In this document: one piece after another, positions 62,661 to 64,000 of the stretch
Layout: each line of letters begins with the position of its first letter
Numbering within the stretch: position 1 is the first letter of the stretch
Assembly (NCBI RefSeq): GCF_902713615.1
Contig: NC_052159.1
Location: forward strand, 152,022,651 to 152,086,650
DNA: 64,000 nucleotides
Direction: 5' to 3'
Source of the DNA: Scyliorhinus canicula
Lineage: Eukaryota
Translations under genes and position numbers: made by a program
Notes under the pieces: model-generated
What the model was told of the DNA's origin: nothing
Database searches by the model: none
Seen by the model: the letters and a program-made list of their open reading frames with translations, nothing else

Positions 62661-63365
62661 GGGCGCAATTCTCCGCTCCTGGGAAAAATCGGGAGGGTCG
62701 TCGTGAACTCGGCCGAGTTTTGCGACGGCCTCGGAGGCCACTCCTCGCCCCCTATTCTCCCCTCCCCGCAGGGCTAGGAGCGGCGCTCCATAACTCACGG
62801 CCGTGGGGGCGTCGCGCCAAGAATGACGCGGCCGGCGCACCTAATGACATCAGCCGCGCATGCGCAGGTTGGACGGCTCCAACCCGCGCATGCGCGGCTG
62901 ACATCATAACGCTGATGGCACGAACCCGCAAATGCGCGGTGGCCGTCTTTCCCCTCAGCCGCCCCGCAAGACGTGGCGGCTTGATCTTGCGGGGCGGCGG
63001 AGGGGAAATAGTGCGTCCGATTTGGACGCCGGCCCGACGATTGGTGGGCACCGATCACGGCCTGTACCCTCCCGAGCACAGTCGTGGTGCTCTTTCCCCT
63101 GTACTCCCCCCACAAGCCCCAAATGGGCATATCTCACCCGTTTCACGACGGCAGCGACCAGGTGTGGTTGCCGCCGTCGTGAAACGGTCACTAATGGCAG
63201 ACCGCTCGGCCCATCCGGGTCGGACAATCGCCGTGAAAAACGGCGAGCGGCGATTCTTCCGAGCAGAGGGGGGAGAATCGGGGGGGGCGCCAGGGGGACG
63301 TGAAATTTGTCGGGGGGCCCTCCTGCGATTCTCCCACCCGGCGTGGGGAGCGGAGAATCGCGCCC
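62661..63365. mobile_element. GC-rich Harbinger-like MITE
   Basis: GGGCGCAATTCTCC / GGAGAATCGCGCCC; flanks TGG/AGG; inverted homolog of 57096-57714. Confidence 0.85.
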
Positions 63366-63459
63366 AGGGTTTTTAAAGATTAAAAAGCTATTGGCCAATT
63401 GCGAGTTACTGGGGGATTAATTCAATTGGATGATAGAAGTTTTCAGTACAAATTTTTTT

Positions 63460-63787
63460 TATTCGTTCAGGGACATTGGTGTCGTAGGCTATGTATTTAT
63501 TGCCCATCCCTAATTGCCCTTGAGAGGTAGTTAAGAGTCAACCACATTGCTGTGGGTCTGGAGTCACAGGTAGGCCAGACCGGGTAACGACGGTAGATTT
63601 CCTTCCCGAAAAGACATTCGTGAACCAAATGAGTTTTTGGTCGACAATGGTTTCATGGTCATCTCTAGTTTAATTTCAGATTTTTCTTGAATTCAAATTT
63701 CACCATCTGCAGTGGCAGGGTTTGAACCTGGGACCAGTAGTCTGGGTCTCTGCTTACTAGTCCAGTGACACTTCGGCACAGCCTCCC
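63460..63787 (-). mobile_element. Second tRNA-headed SINE family
   Basis: Head ...CACTGGACTAGTAA..AGAGACCCAG...GGTTCAAA; homologs at 19667-19882 (-), 35570-35893 (+) and 38225-38568 (-). Confidence 0.7.
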
Positions 63788-63819
63788 CAGAAATGTAATG
63801 AGTAGAGCCCAAATGTAGT

Positions 63820-64000
63820 GGGCAGCACGGTAGAATGGTGGTTAGCACAGTTGCTTCACAGCTCCAGGGTCCCAGGTTCGATTCCTGGTTTGGGTCACTG
63901 TCTGTGCGGAGTCTGCACGTTCTCCACGTGTCTGCGTGGGTTTCCTCCGGGTGCTCCGGTTTCCTTCCACAGTCCAAAGATGTGCGGGTTAGGTGGATTG
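63820..64000 (+). mobile_element. HE1-like tRNA SINE (runs off the window)
   Basis: GGGCAGCACGGTAG head and core. Confidence 0.9.

Noticed and set aside
1-64000. CRISPR arrays, operons or other prokaryotic systems
   Set aside because: No regularly spaced direct repeats or gene-dense organisation; the sequence is vertebrate-type repeat-rich DNA.

Overview
Vertebrate-type, repeat-dominated intergenic or intronic DNA with no recognisable host protein-coding gene. The repeat inventory (HE1-like tRNA SINEs, Deu-domain SINEs, CR1/L2 LINE fragments, Penelope-type tails) points to a cartilaginous fish, probably a catshark-like shark (inference). Main elements: (1) a full-length Mag-like Ty3/Gypsy LTR retrotransposon at 43197-47820, with 224-bp LTRs (5 mismatches), a CAGCT TSD, a tRNA-Ser PBS, a PPT and a frameshifted gag-pol; (2) about 15 GC/CpG-rich non-autonomous elements (about 8.6 kb in total) with a shared 14-bp TIR and 3-bp TSDs, resembling PIF/Harbinger MITEs, whose cores carry NRF1, CRE and ETS motifs and which have a one-sided terminal hairpin; (3) at least five solo LTRs or LTR-like segments, three with CTCF-like motifs; (4) a hAT-Charlie MITE containing a SINE tail, nested in an ERV-like LTR; (5) Penelope-type tails with degenerate minimal hammerhead motifs; (6) a 206-N assembly gap. 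Nearly all ORFs in the track are shadow ORFs of repeats. I cannot establish a new biological system. The best candidate is the MITE group, which resembles a portable CpG-island promoter cassette. Boundaries of degraded repeats are approximate.
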